Of a stretch of DNA of 64,000 bases, positions 46,433 through 55,656 are shown piece after piece. The stretch is taken from assembly GCA_964413425.1 (NCBI GenBank), contig CAYPST010000001.1, forward strand, positions 25,942 through 89,941. Direction: 5' to 3'. The notes under the pieces were generated by a model. That model did not search any database, was not told the origin of the DNA, and worked only from the letters and a program-made list of their open reading frames with translations. A program made the translations under genes and the position numbers. How positions within the stretch are numbered: the stretch's first letter is position 1; the number at the start of each line of letters is the position of its first letter. Origin of the DNA: an uncultured bacterium. Lineage in GTDB: Bacteria; Fidelibacterota; JAANXI01.

Positions 46433-47575
46433 TCAGCTATCCGACAGTGTTGCGGCAATCCGTCGCGGCTTGATGGATGGAATGATATACTCTTCCAGCA
46501 GCCGGAGCACGTTATCGTTGTGGTTACCGTGATCCGGGCGTTCGGTGAGGGAAGAGGTGCATACCACGACCAGATCCAGATCCGGCACCACCAGGATAAA
46601 TTGCCCCCCGTGTCCCCACGCGAATGTGGTCCGGTAGCCGGCGAACCGGTCCGTCCACCAGAAATAGCCCTGCCAGTGCCGGCTGAAACGGGACTGCACA
46701 TACCGGCGGGTGGACTCCCGCACCCAGGTGATCGGAACAATCTGCTCATCCTGATACCGCCCGTTGCTCAGGTACAGTTCACCGATTTTGAGCATATCCC
46801 TGGGATGCAGTGCCATATTGTTCCCGCCGAAATAGTACCCCTGCGGATCCCTGGGCCAGATAACCCGCTCTATTCCCAGGGGATCGAAAAGGTACCGCTC
46901 CGCCAAGTCCCGGGTGGACACACCGGTGGCCCGGGTCAGAATCACGGACAGCAGATGCGAATTCCCCGTACTGTAAATCATGCGGGTACCCGGTTCACTC
47001 ACCAGCGGCTGTTCCAGTGCCCAGTAAGCCCAGTTCGAACTGGTCACCCAGCGTCCGTAGTTAAAGAAACTGGTGGTTTCCAGTCCCGCCCGCATGGTTA
47101 TCAAATCCCGCAGCGTAATTCGCCGCTTCTCCGATGCAGTGCGGTCTTCAAAATACTCCGGAAAGAATTGGTCAATAGTCTGGTCCAGACTATCCAGATA
47201 TCCCTCCTGCAGAGCGATACCCACCAGAATGGAAAGAATACTCTTGGAGGCCGATTTAATATTCCAGAAATCCCCGGCGTCGAACCCGTTAAAATACTGT
47301 TCTGCCACCAGGGCTGTGCCCCGGGAGATCAACATGCTTTCCAGCGGCGGCGAAATGGTTTCGGCCTGCCGGAAGGCTCGCTCCAGAGCGACACTATCCA
47401 TACGAAAATATACCGGACTCCGCACCTGCCAGTCGGGTGTCTCAGCGCACAATGACTCACCTGCCAGCAGTCTGATAATGACAAACAAAAATGCCCAGAC
47501 CATTCGGTATTGCAGGTTTTGTGATACTATCGCATGGTTATTCCCGGTCATTTCTTTCTCCAGTGAGTTCTTCAT
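46433..47575 (-). CDS. serine hydrolase, beta-lactamase/PBP (class C-like) family
   Basis: 380 aa; signal/TM at N-terminus; SxxK active-site motif (SASKS); YxN-like and HGG regions. Confidence 0.75.
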   Translation of the reverse strand: MKNSLEKEMTGNNHAIVSQNLQYRMVWAFLFVIIRLLAGESLCAETPDWQVRSPVYFRMDSVALERAFRQAETISPPLESMLISRGTALVAEQYFNGFDAGDFWNIKSASKSILSILVGIALQEGYLDSLDQTIDQFFPEYFEDRTASEKRRITLRDLITMRAGLETTSFFNYGRWVTSSNWAYWALEQPLVSEPGTRMIYSTGNSHLLSVILTRATGVSTRDLAERYLFDPLGIERVIWPRDPQGYYFGGNNMALHPRDMLKIGELYLSNGRYQDEQIVPITWVRESTRRYVQSRFSRHWQGYFWWTDRFAGYRTTFAWGHGGQFILVVPDLDLVVVCTSSLTERPDHGNHNDNVLRLLEEYIIPSIKPRRIAATLSDS

Positions 47576-47916
47576 TTGGCATTATGAAATACAATGTACA
47601 CAATATTACCGAATTTTTCAGGATGCCGGAGAGTGCCGGTGAAACCGCCCTCCTGTGCAAACCATCTATTTGTTCGGCTGTGTGGTTCCGGTAACCATCC
47701 GGGATCCTCTTTCCCTGTTGCGGACAACCTGTCTGTACCTGTTGTACACCATCTCTGTTCTTCACCGGCAACAAGTCCGTACCTGTGAACCAACACCCGC
47801 AGCAATCGATGGCGGAGGAAAGTACTTCGTGTAATTCCCCGATGCATCGGGCACGCTGTATCTTTCGTAGCTCCATACAGGCGAAGCAGGGATTTTGAGT
47901 ATTGGATATTGAGTAT

Positions 47917-48219
47917 TTATTGGGAATCCAGTTCTGAAGTAAGGGCTTCGTACTTTTCCTGCCGGAAGTAGCCGGCATACTGGCCGGATTTCATCAGCGG
48001 ACTCATGATGAACTCCAATTTCCCGCGATTGGCTTCGGCTATCTCCGACCACTGTTTATGCAGTTCGGCATACAACTGCTGCTTATCAATCTTCACCACA
48101 TACGTGGCGCTCAGCACCTGCACAATATTATAGCCGTCCAGACAGGCCTTCATCTGCTGGTTTAATTCCTCTTTCTCCTCTCCTTCAGAATATATTTCCC
48201 AGGTGATAATGAAATGCAT
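47917..48219 (-). CDS. small hypothetical protein in a low-GC islet
   Basis: 100 aa; AT-rich codon usage unlike neighbours; GGAAAG weak RBS. Confidence 0.4.
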   Translation of the reverse strand: MHFIITWEIYSEGEEKEELNQQMKACLDGYNIVQVLSATYVVKIDKQQLYAELHKQWSEIAEANRGKLEFIMSPLMKSGQYAGYFRQEKYEALTSELDSQ

Positions 48220-48300
48220 GATTCTTTCCGTTTATTTGTTAGTTGTTCATGGTCATTTGTCAACCGTCAGTCGTCAATTGGCGGCGTTCGATGGACCATA

Positions 48301-48458
48301 GTGAAAAGGCAAAAGGCAGAAGTGAAAAGCAAGCCTCGATTAAACTATACATCGCATTCCAATGTAAGCACATTCGGTAATGAAGTCATTTTACGTATAT
48401 TATATGCACCTTGCATTAACAATCACATACTTTCGCCTTTCGCCTTTCGCCTTTTGCC
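48301..48458. repeat. 17-bp perfect inverted repeat pair (GTGAAAAGGCAAAAGGC) flanking a 124-bp AT-rich segment
   Basis: 48301-48317 reads GTGAAAAGGCAAAAGGC and 48442-48458 reads GCCTTTTGCCTTTTCAC, its exact reverse complement; arms extend imperfectly into purine/pyrimidine-skewed tandem 7-mers (TTTTCAC x3). Confidence 0.8.
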
Positions 48459-48505
48459 TTTTCACTTTTCACTTTTCACTCCATTCCATTTGTTCTATCT
48501 GTAAT

Positions 48506-49453
48506 CTATGTTAAAAGCGGATGCTCCCGGAACCCGACCAGCTGGCATTCCGGCTGTGGGATGACCCCGTACCGATCCCGGACCAGTTCCTGCATTTTTC
48601 TGGCCAGTCCGGCGATATCTTCGGAAGTTGCCTTTCCACGATTCACAATCATATTGGCGTGTTGAAAGGAAACGAAGGCATCGCCCACGGATAATTCTCC
48701 TTTTATCCCCAGTTTATCCAGATAGTACGCCACGAAAATCATCAGGGTGCCGTTGATTTCCAGCGAGACCTCCTCATCCAGGAAATTCCGGAAGAAACTC
48801 CCGCAGGTGTGGGACCGTGGATACCGCCGTTCCCGGTGCCGGATGGTTTCATCCCGGCGGCCTCTGGCATAGGCGCCCTCTATTTCGGTTCCCTGTCGCA
48901 GTATAAACTCCGCATCCAGCAGGATATGATCTTTCCGGTGCAGGCGGGACGTGTCGTAACCAAACCGGAACCAGTCTGTGTCCACCTCCAGAATCTCACC
49001 GGATTCCCGGTGCATAACCCTGGCGCTGACCAGAAAATCCGACAGCAGGTATTCGAAGTAATGCAGGTTGATATACACAGCACCGCCTACGGTCCCGGGG
49101 ATGCCGCTGAATTCTTCCAATCCGAGGATATTGCGTTCCAGACAGTACTCGATGACATCCTGCATGTCCGCCCCGCCATCTGTGCGGAGTCGTACGGCGT
49201 CACCAGGCTGGCCTCCGGCAACCACTCGAATTTCTGCATTCTTCGGACGTATAACCAATCCCGGGAAGCCGTCATCACTGATCAAAATGTTTGCCCCTTC
49301 ACCCAGGACAAACAGTTCCAGATTCTCCCGGTCGGCAAACCGGAGTGCTTCCCGGAAATCTTCATCGGAAACCGGTTCGCAGAAATACTCGGCTGCACCT
49401 CCGGTCCGGAACCAGTTTAACGGCGCCAGAGAGATGTTTTGTTGGATTTTCAT
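48506..49453 (-). CDS. murB: UDP-N-acetylenolpyruvoylglucosamine reductase
   Basis: 315 aa; FAD-binding PCMH domain; MurB C-terminal domain. Confidence 0.85.
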   Translation of the reverse strand: MKIQQNISLAPLNWFRTGGAAEYFCEPVSDEDFREALRFADRENLELFVLGEGANILISDDGFPGLVIRPKNAEIRVVAGGQPGDAVRLRTDGGADMQDVIEYCLERNILGLEEFSGIPGTVGGAVYINLHYFEYLLSDFLVSARVMHRESGEILEVDTDWFRFGYDTSRLHRKDHILLDAEFILRQGTEIEGAYARGRRDETIRHRERRYPRSHTCGSFFRNFLDEEVSLEINGTLMIFVAYYLDKLGIKGELSVGDAFVSFQHANMIVNRGKATSEDIAGLARKMQELVRDRYGVIPQPECQLVGFREHPLLT

Positions 49454-49475
49454 TGAGGTGTGAATTTTTATTGTG

Positions 49476-49512
49476 TCAATTGTCAGTTGTCAGTTGTCAA
49501 TTGTTGATTGTA
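49476..49512. repeat. tandem heptamer array (YYGTCAR)x5 immediately upstream of murB
   Basis: GTGTCAA TTGTCAG TTGTCAG TTGTCAA TTGTTGA TTG; a related array TTGTCAA CCGTCAG TCGTCAA TTG lies at 48256-48280, downstream of murB; contains three CAATTG palindromes. Confidence 0.8.
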
Positions 49513-49629
49513 CTTCCAATTGCCGGACGGTCTGATTATTAATAATGTTCTCAGGTACAGGTAGAAGACCCTATATCAGCTTCCTCCCGTATCATTCATT
49601 TCTGCCATTTGTTCTTTTCCAACCTATGG

Positions 49630-51510
49630 TCATCCAGATTTCTCCAGCACCCGTTGGATGGCATTCCGGGTCATGGCGTGATACATTGGCCGCGCGTCCC
49701 GGTAAATTTGCCGGGCCATCTTCAGACCTGTCTCGGTCTGGGTTAATGCTTTATATACGGGCTCAATCAGATAGATGCGCCCCACAGAGGTTAAAAATGT
49801 TTCCATCCTGGGATAGGCAGGCTGGTATCCGGAACGAATGGCTAACGGCAGCCAGACCCGCAGAAGGGGCGTATTGCCGGTCCGGGTGAACCCAAAGGTG
49901 TCATCCAGCACTTTCAGGCGTTCTTCTCCCAGGGAATCCGGCAGCTCTTGTACAAAGTGAATATAGTGATGGGAGGTCCAGCCGGTGGTGTCGACACTGG
50001 CCGGATTGCCTTCATTCATGAACGCTCCGGCCGCCTGCTTCACTCTGGTCAACTCCTGAGACTCCACCCGGGGAATATTTCCGGGGATGCCCGGTTCGTA
50101 TAACCAGTCTTCAACAAGCAGCTCCTCCTTGAGCTGTTGATCGTTTCTCAGGAGTGTACCGGTCAAATACTTCTCGAATTCTTCTGTGGTCAGAGAAGTG
50201 AACCTGAATTGCTTAAAATAGAGCGCCAAAAAATGGTCCCAGGTGTCTCTGCCGAAATGTTCTTCCAGCATTTTCAGGAAGAAAAATCCTTTCACATAGG
50301 GAATACTGGAATACGCCGCCTCGGGATCCCGTCCGGCCAGATCCAGTTTCAGGGCGGTGTCGGGATTATCCGGCCCCAGGTCTTCCACGGTCTGTTCCAG
50401 GTCATGATAGCTCAGTTCACTCAACATCTCTGCGAACCGTTTGCCCCGGACCGCTTCCATAATACGGTGCTCGAAATACACCGTAAAGCCTTCGTTCAGC
50501 CAGAAGTCGTTCCAGGTGGCGTTGGTGACCAGATTTCCGGACCAGGAATGGGCCAGTTCGTGCGCAATCAGATCGACCAGCGACCGGTCACCTCCCAGGA
50601 TGGTGGGTGTGACAAAGGTCAGCCGGGGGTTCTCCATCCCACCGAACGGAAACGAAGGCGGAAGTGTCAGCATATCATAGCGTTCCCAGAGATAAGGCCC
50701 GTACAGTTGCTCCGCCGCCTGAATCATCTGTTCGGTTTCGGCAAATTCCCAGGCGGCGCGATCCGCCACCGGGGGTTCGGCATACACCCCGCTCCGGGGA
50801 CCGATCTCCCGGAAGGCGAGGTTACCCACTCCCAGTGCCAGTAAATAAGAGGGTATCGGCTGGGGCATCTCAAAGTGATATACGCCGGAGTTCTTTCGGG
50901 TCTGCGGATTGGCAGCACTCATCACCGCCAGGTATGCCGGTCTGGTCCGGATAACGGCAGAGTAGGTCATTCGAACGGCCGGTGTATCCTGGCAGGGAAC
51001 CCAGCTCCGTGCCAGGATGAACTGGGATTGGGTATAAAGCAGGGGACTGGTTTTGCCCTCGGTTTGTTCCGGTGCCACCCACTGCAATGCCTGGGCATCG
51101 GGACTGGTGGTATACTCAATGGTGACACGCCCGGTTTCCGGCGAGATCGGAATAAGAAGCGGCTGCCCGTAATATTGTACTTCTGCTCCCAGCTGGTATT
51201 CCACAGGAGTAGCTTTCTCTCCACTGGTCACCTTGTGAATGGTAAGGTTCTGGGTATCCAGGACAAGCCGGTCTGTGCCGGTGGTGTTCTCCAGATGCAG
51301 CACCGCCGTTCCGGACAATGTCTTTGCGGAGAAATCGACAGTCAGGGCCAGATCCATATGCTCAATGGTCACCTCATTGAAATTGGAGAGTGAAGTGGGA
51401 TCATCCACAGAACTGGTTGCGATTGCAGGCTGTTGTGTACAGCCGATCGCCAGAATAAAAAGGTACGATGCAAGCAACAGAAGTGGCCGGACAATTTGTT
51501 TTCTCTTCAT
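49630..51510 (-). CDS. M1-family zinc aminopeptidase (aminopeptidase N / LTA4-hydrolase-like), lipoprotein
   Basis: HEXXH-(18)-E zinc motif (HELAHSWSGN...WLNEGFTVY); GAMEN-like motif (FGGMENP); lipobox LAIGC after the Met at 51510. Confidence 0.85.
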   Translation of the reverse strand: MKRKQIVRPLLLLASYLFILAIGCTQQPAIATSSVDDPTSLSNFNEVTIEHMDLALTVDFSAKTLSGTAVLHLENTTGTDRLVLDTQNLTIHKVTSGEKATPVEYQLGAEVQYYGQPLLIPISPETGRVTIEYTTSPDAQALQWVAPEQTEGKTSPLLYTQSQFILARSWVPCQDTPAVRMTYSAVIRTRPAYLAVMSAANPQTRKNSGVYHFEMPQPIPSYLLALGVGNLAFREIGPRSGVYAEPPVADRAAWEFAETEQMIQAAEQLYGPYLWERYDMLTLPPSFPFGGMENPRLTFVTPTILGGDRSLVDLIAHELAHSWSGNLVTNATWNDFWLNEGFTVYFEHRIMEAVRGKRFAEMLSELSYHDLEQTVEDLGPDNPDTALKLDLAGRDPEAAYSSIPYVKGFFFLKMLEEHFGRDTWDHFLALYFKQFRFTSLTTEEFEKYLTGTLLRNDQQLKEELLVEDWLYEPGIPGNIPRVESQELTRVKQAAGAFMNEGNPASVDTTGWTSHHYIHFVQELPDSLGEERLKVLDDTFGFTRTGNTPLLRVWLPLAIRSGYQPAYPRMETFLTSVGRIYLIEPVYKALTQTETGLKMARQIYRDARPMYHAMTRNAIQRVLEKSG

Positions 51511-51957
51511 GTATAGCCCCTGTTTCGCCCCGAATCTAACTCGAATAATATAGTACGAGTTGACGGGAATCAAAACAGGAGTCTGGGGGATGGAAGTACA
51601 TCGGGTTTTGATTGATGGAGTGACCAGGTTTTCGTCATCAAATTCTTATCCCCAATGTGCGACTCAAATCAAAGCCATCTCATATGTCATCCCGAAACCA
51701 CCGGGGCGAATACGCACCCTGGGAGCCCCGGTAGAGATCCCTCGGCCCTGGAATGCAGGGCCTCGGGATGACAGGACGGTTGGTTCGGTATGAGGGGTGT
51801 AGGTTAGGAGCATAATGAACCGATCGGTTCCAGGTCAGTCCAGAAACGGCGCCCTCTGGTGTGTAACCGGGGGGCTTTGGTTCGGCCTCGCCCTCATTCC
51901 GTGTCATCCCCAACCCCAACGCCCAGGGGTGCGGTCAGGTCCCGTCAGCCTGCCGCG

Positions 51958-52791
51958 TTACAGCAATTCATACCGAAAGGTAATAATCCCCTGGACGGCA
52001 GATTGTTCCGCACCGGAGGGCAGCGGGTTGAACCGCCACTGTTTGAGTGCCCGAATGGTGATTTCTTCAAGTCTGGGATAATCTTTCTGGATGGGGATCA
52101 TCTGTCCCACCCGGCCATCCGGGAGCACGGTAAACCGGATGCGGATGGTCGCTTCCTTTTCCACGCCTTCCGGATATTCCGGAATCACTTTGGTCAGGAT
52201 AGACCGCTCCGCCGCTTTCCCTTCGATAGTGAACGGCTGTGCGTCAGCCGGTGAACCCATTTCCGTGGTGGGTGATATTCCTCTGGAATCCATCGCCATC
52301 TGCTGCGGACTGGCAGTGATCCGTTCACCGGTGGAGCGGTCCGGATTCACCGTGCCCGGTTGTCTGGCGTCAAACTGGCCGGACCGGGCCGGTACATCAC
52401 TGGCCCCCTGGTTCGTGGTGAGTTTCTCCGATTCCCGGTTCCGCGGGATCGTTTCTTCTTCTGCCATCATCCGGCGCCTTGGCAGATTCACCGGCACGTC
52501 CGACAATTCCGCCCCGCCGGCACTGGCCGGTTCCTGCTGTTCCGGTGCCGGCTGTGTTTCTTCGGTGACTTCAGGCGGCGTCTCTGCCGGTTCGGAATCG
52601 ACCACCGTTCTGGGCGCGGGAGCCGGAGTGCCGGACGGGGACTGGGAACCGGCGACGAAACTGACCTCCGTAAACCCTGAGGTATCAAAATCAAATCCGG
52701 TCCCGGTGAAGATGAACAGCAGCATCAGTAAAAGATGAACTCCGGTTGACACCGCCAGTGTTTTTCTTATATCTGTAAATAAAGTACCCAT
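51958..52791 (-). CDS. tonB: energy transducer TonB
   Basis: 277 aa; N-terminal TM anchor; Pro/Glu-rich spacer; C-terminal TonB domain. Confidence 0.75.
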   Translation of the reverse strand: MGTLFTDIRKTLAVSTGVHLLLMLLFIFTGTGFDFDTSGFTEVSFVAGSQSPSGTPAPAPRTVVDSEPAETPPEVTEETQPAPEQQEPASAGGAELSDVPVNLPRRRMMAEEETIPRNRESEKLTTNQGASDVPARSGQFDARQPGTVNPDRSTGERITASPQQMAMDSRGISPTTEMGSPADAQPFTIEGKAAERSILTKVIPEYPEGVEKEATIRIRFTVLPDGRVGQMIPIQKDYPRLEEITIRALKQWRFNPLPSGAEQSAVQGIITFRYELL

Positions 52792-52808
52792 GACAATTAC
52801 TTCTGATG

Positions 52809-53207
52809 TTATAACGCTTGTTCTGTGGCTATCATGAATCGTTCCGCCCCGGCGAGTTTGGCAATATCGACGATGCGGATGGTCGATTCCAGCGAGATAT
52901 CTTTATCAGCCCGGATGACGACCAGCCTCTCGCCTTCCCTCAGTATCTGCCGGAGCTGTTCTCCGAGCTGAGCGCGATTGACCTGCACCTGATTCAGGTA
53001 GATTCGATTGCTCTGGGTTACGGTAATGAACACTCGATCTTCCGTGGCTTCCTGACCGGTGGCGGCCCTGGGCAGCCGCACCTTAATCCCCGGCTGCACC
53101 ACGAAGGACGAGGTGAGCATGAAGAAAATCAGGAGGAGCAGCACAATGTCAGTGAGAGAGATAGCGGAAAAGGTTACCATCAATTTTCGGTTAGATTCTA
53201 TTTTCAT
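52809..53207 (-). CDS. exbD: biopolymer transport protein ExbD/TolR
   Basis: 132 aa; single N-terminal TM plus ExbD periplasmic domain. Confidence 0.85.
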   Translation of the reverse strand: MKIESNRKLMVTFSAISLTDIVLLLLIFFMLTSSFVVQPGIKVRLPRAATGQEATEDRVFITVTQSNRIYLNQVQVNRAQLGEQLRQILREGERLVVIRADKDISLESTIRIVDIAKLAGAERFMIATEQAL

Positions 53208-53826
53208 TCACCACCTCCCGCTCCAGTAAGATGTCCAGCAAATTCCCGGAGCTTTCCTGCATTTCAAACACGTGATGCTCCACCTTTCCCTGCAGCCAGT
53301 TATAAAAGATTAAGGCGGGGATACCCACGCTTAATCCGGCAGCCGTGGTAATCAGGGCTTCCCAGATACCGCCTGCCAGCACACTGGCATCCACGTTGCC
53401 CCCGAGGGTTTGAATTTGAATAAATGCCCGGATCATCCCGGTGACCGTTCCGAGGAATCCGATGAGCGGAGCAATGGCGGCGATGGTTCCAAGAATACCA
53501 AGATATCTTTCCAGATGATACACCTCCGACTGTGCAGCCGTTTCAATGGCATCCTTGATTTCATCCCTGGGACGATCATGTTTTTTCAATCCGGCTTTGG
53601 TAATAGCCGCAATGGGCCCCGGTGTGTTCTGGCTGATGCGGATTGCCTCATCAACATCACCTCGCAGCAGGATATTCCTGACCCGCGTAATAAACGCCTT
53701 GGCATTGATCCGGATTTTCCGCAGCGAAACCAGCCGTTCAATGAGAATGGCCAGTGCAATGATCGAGCACAGGCCAATCGGAATCATCAGAATACCGCCT
53801 TTCATAATAATTTCAAATACGGACAT
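53191..53826 (-). CDS. exbB: MotA/TolQ/ExbB proton channel
   Basis: 211 aa; three TM helices with the conserved MotA/TolQ/ExbB segment. Confidence 0.85.
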   Translation of the reverse strand: MSVFEIIMKGGILMIPIGLCSIIALAILIERLVSLRKIRINAKAFITRVRNILLRGDVDEAIRISQNTPGPIAAITKAGLKKHDRPRDEIKDAIETAAQSEVYHLERYLGILGTIAAIAPLIGFLGTVTGMIRAFIQIQTLGGNVDASVLAGGIWEALITTAAGLSVGIPALIFYNWLQGKVEHHVFEMQESSGNLLDILLEREVVNENRI

Positions 53827-53862
53827 GGAGACATCCTCCTGCTCGCTTACGCTGTTTCCCGA

Positions 53863-55587
53863 TTACAATTTCGCTCTCACTCCCAAAAATATTTGAATTC
53901 CCATCCTCGGATACTGTTCCCAGTAGGTGTAGGATTCGTTCAGGATGTTCGAGGCCGACAGCAGCACGGTGACCTTCTCCTGAAAACTCCTTGAAATGGT
54001 GGCGTTCACCAGGTTGTATGCGGCCAGCTCGGTATTTGTGGTATAATCTACGGATCGCGGTCCGCTGAGTTCCCCGTCCAGTGTTAATTCGAAATCCGAG
54101 GGCAACCGCAGCGTCGCCTGGAGGGGAATGCGCATCCGGGCACGATAAGGAATATAGTAGACATCGGAGTACGCTGCGCCCTCCGGATAGGTGGCGCTGT
54201 AGGTTACCATCGTTCCGCGGAGCTCCAGCCAGTCCGTCGGGGTCCACTCCACACCTCCCCGGGTTTCCGCCACCTGAACCTCTCCGGTATCTTCTAAGTC
54301 GAAAAATCCGGTTTGGGGATCCCGGTGCCAGTAATACAGGGTCTTCATCCTGGCATAAGCGATGCCGGCATGAAGGCTTACTCCCTGGGATAACCTGATG
54401 TCCATGCTTATGTCGGCGCGCCAGTCTGCTTCTTCCGGCTGAAGAGGGATAACGTGTGCAATGTAGGGATTCTGATTCCGGCGCCGGGTGAACGTCTGAT
54501 ACTCATATCCCGTGGATATGGTGGCCGAAACGCCCATCCTGTTGCCGGGAATGAAATTCACCCGGCCGTAGGGTGCTATCCGGCCGGTCGATGTATCCGT
54601 CCGGACCGACTGATACTTCGCCCCGAGTCCGGCACTCACCGCTCCGGAGACCGGAAACAATGTTTCCAGTCCGACTTCACCGAATTGCCCCTCCCGCTCC
54701 ACATCATTCTGGTGTCGGGAGAGTGTTTCCATCAAGATTCTTCCGGAACCTCCCAGCTGGATCCCCGCCAGTTGTGTAATAAATTCTCCTGATGCACCAT
54801 ACCAGGTATCCGTTGTCCTGTCCAGTGCTGTTTCTCCCGTATCACTCCGAAACCTGGTGGCCCCGTAATCAACACCGAGTTGCAGAGTGGAATTATCCGC
54901 TATGTCAAATTGGAAGCCGGCATTCGCCCCGCCGCTGCTGCCGGTGCGCGTTTCTGCAGGCGATACGGCTTCGACCTGGAATAAACCGCGTCTGGTCAGT
55001 GTGTAATCACCTCGGATGGTGCCGGTCACCCTGTCCGTGAAATGATAATCGGTCTGAAGAGTGAGCCCCCCGGTGGTATACTGGCTGTTCCGATATTGCC
55101 CGGCGCTGCGATCCAGCCAGCCGCGCGCATGAACGGAAAAAGAACCGAATTCCTGCCAGTGCCCGGCATTTGCCATGAAGGTTGCATAACTGCCTCCAAG
55201 CAGATCCCCCCAGGTGGATCGCTGAATACCTGGCCCCGACGTTTCAACCTGGGGTTTCGTGTCCTGCAGCTGAAACCAGGTGCTTATCACCTGGGAAGGA
55301 TTTTCCGGTTTCACCAGTGCAGGGGTATCCGGAACAGTGGTCTCTTTGTCGGAGGCGATACGTACCACCTGCGTGCGTCCCTGTATCAGAACTTCCGGCA
55401 GCTCCAGCTCCGACTTCTCCGATCGTACTCTGGACGGATACTGGGTGGCAGGTTGCTGCAGAGAATCCGACGGCACCGGCATTCGGGTAGGTGGGGGTTT
55501 CACCTTTTCCTGTGCGAACAGCGGCAATGCGAAACAGACCACTATCCATAATGTTCTGTACTTATAATTCATAACCTGTCTGAACAC
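53863..55587 (-). CDS. outer-membrane beta-barrel protein (TonB-system associated; receptor-like but no recognisable plug)
   Basis: 574 aa; signal peptide; beta-strand-rich; immediately upstream of exbB in the same orientation. Confidence 0.45.
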   Translation of the reverse strand: MFRQVMNYKYRTLWIVVCFALPLFAQEKVKPPPTRMPVPSDSLQQPATQYPSRVRSEKSELELPEVLIQGRTQVVRIASDKETTVPDTPALVKPENPSQVISTWFQLQDTKPQVETSGPGIQRSTWGDLLGGSYATFMANAGHWQEFGSFSVHARGWLDRSAGQYRNSQYTTGGLTLQTDYHFTDRVTGTIRGDYTLTRRGLFQVEAVSPAETRTGSSGGANAGFQFDIADNSTLQLGVDYGATRFRSDTGETALDRTTDTWYGASGEFITQLAGIQLGGSGRILMETLSRHQNDVEREGQFGEVGLETLFPVSGAVSAGLGAKYQSVRTDTSTGRIAPYGRVNFIPGNRMGVSATISTGYEYQTFTRRRNQNPYIAHVIPLQPEEADWRADISMDIRLSQGVSLHAGIAYARMKTLYYWHRDPQTGFFDLEDTGEVQVAETRGGVEWTPTDWLELRGTMVTYSATYPEGAAYSDVYYIPYRARMRIPLQATLRLPSDFELTLDGELSGPRSVDYTTNTELAAYNLVNATISRSFQEKVTVLLSASNILNESYTYWEQYPRMGIQIFLGVRAKL

Positions 55588-55656
55588 TCCGCATGGTTAG
55601 CGACTCGATTTAATTATTCACTTGTATGGTAGAACACACAGCTATGCCGTCTGTTT

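Noticed and set aside
46337-46612. tmRNA-like 5' motif GGGGATTCAAACGGTTCGACATGGGG
   Set aside because: A full tmRNA (at least 300 nt) would run deep into the beta-lactamase-family coding sequence on the opposite strand, and no T-arm/acceptor 3' end (GGTTCGA...CCACCA) is found downstream. It is kept only as part of the structured-region finding.
47538-47978. 146-aa minus-strand ORF spanning the beta-lactamase promoter region
   Set aside because: It overlaps the 5' end of the beta-lactamase-family gene and the stop region of the small islet gene. It is Cys-rich and low-complexity, with no support.
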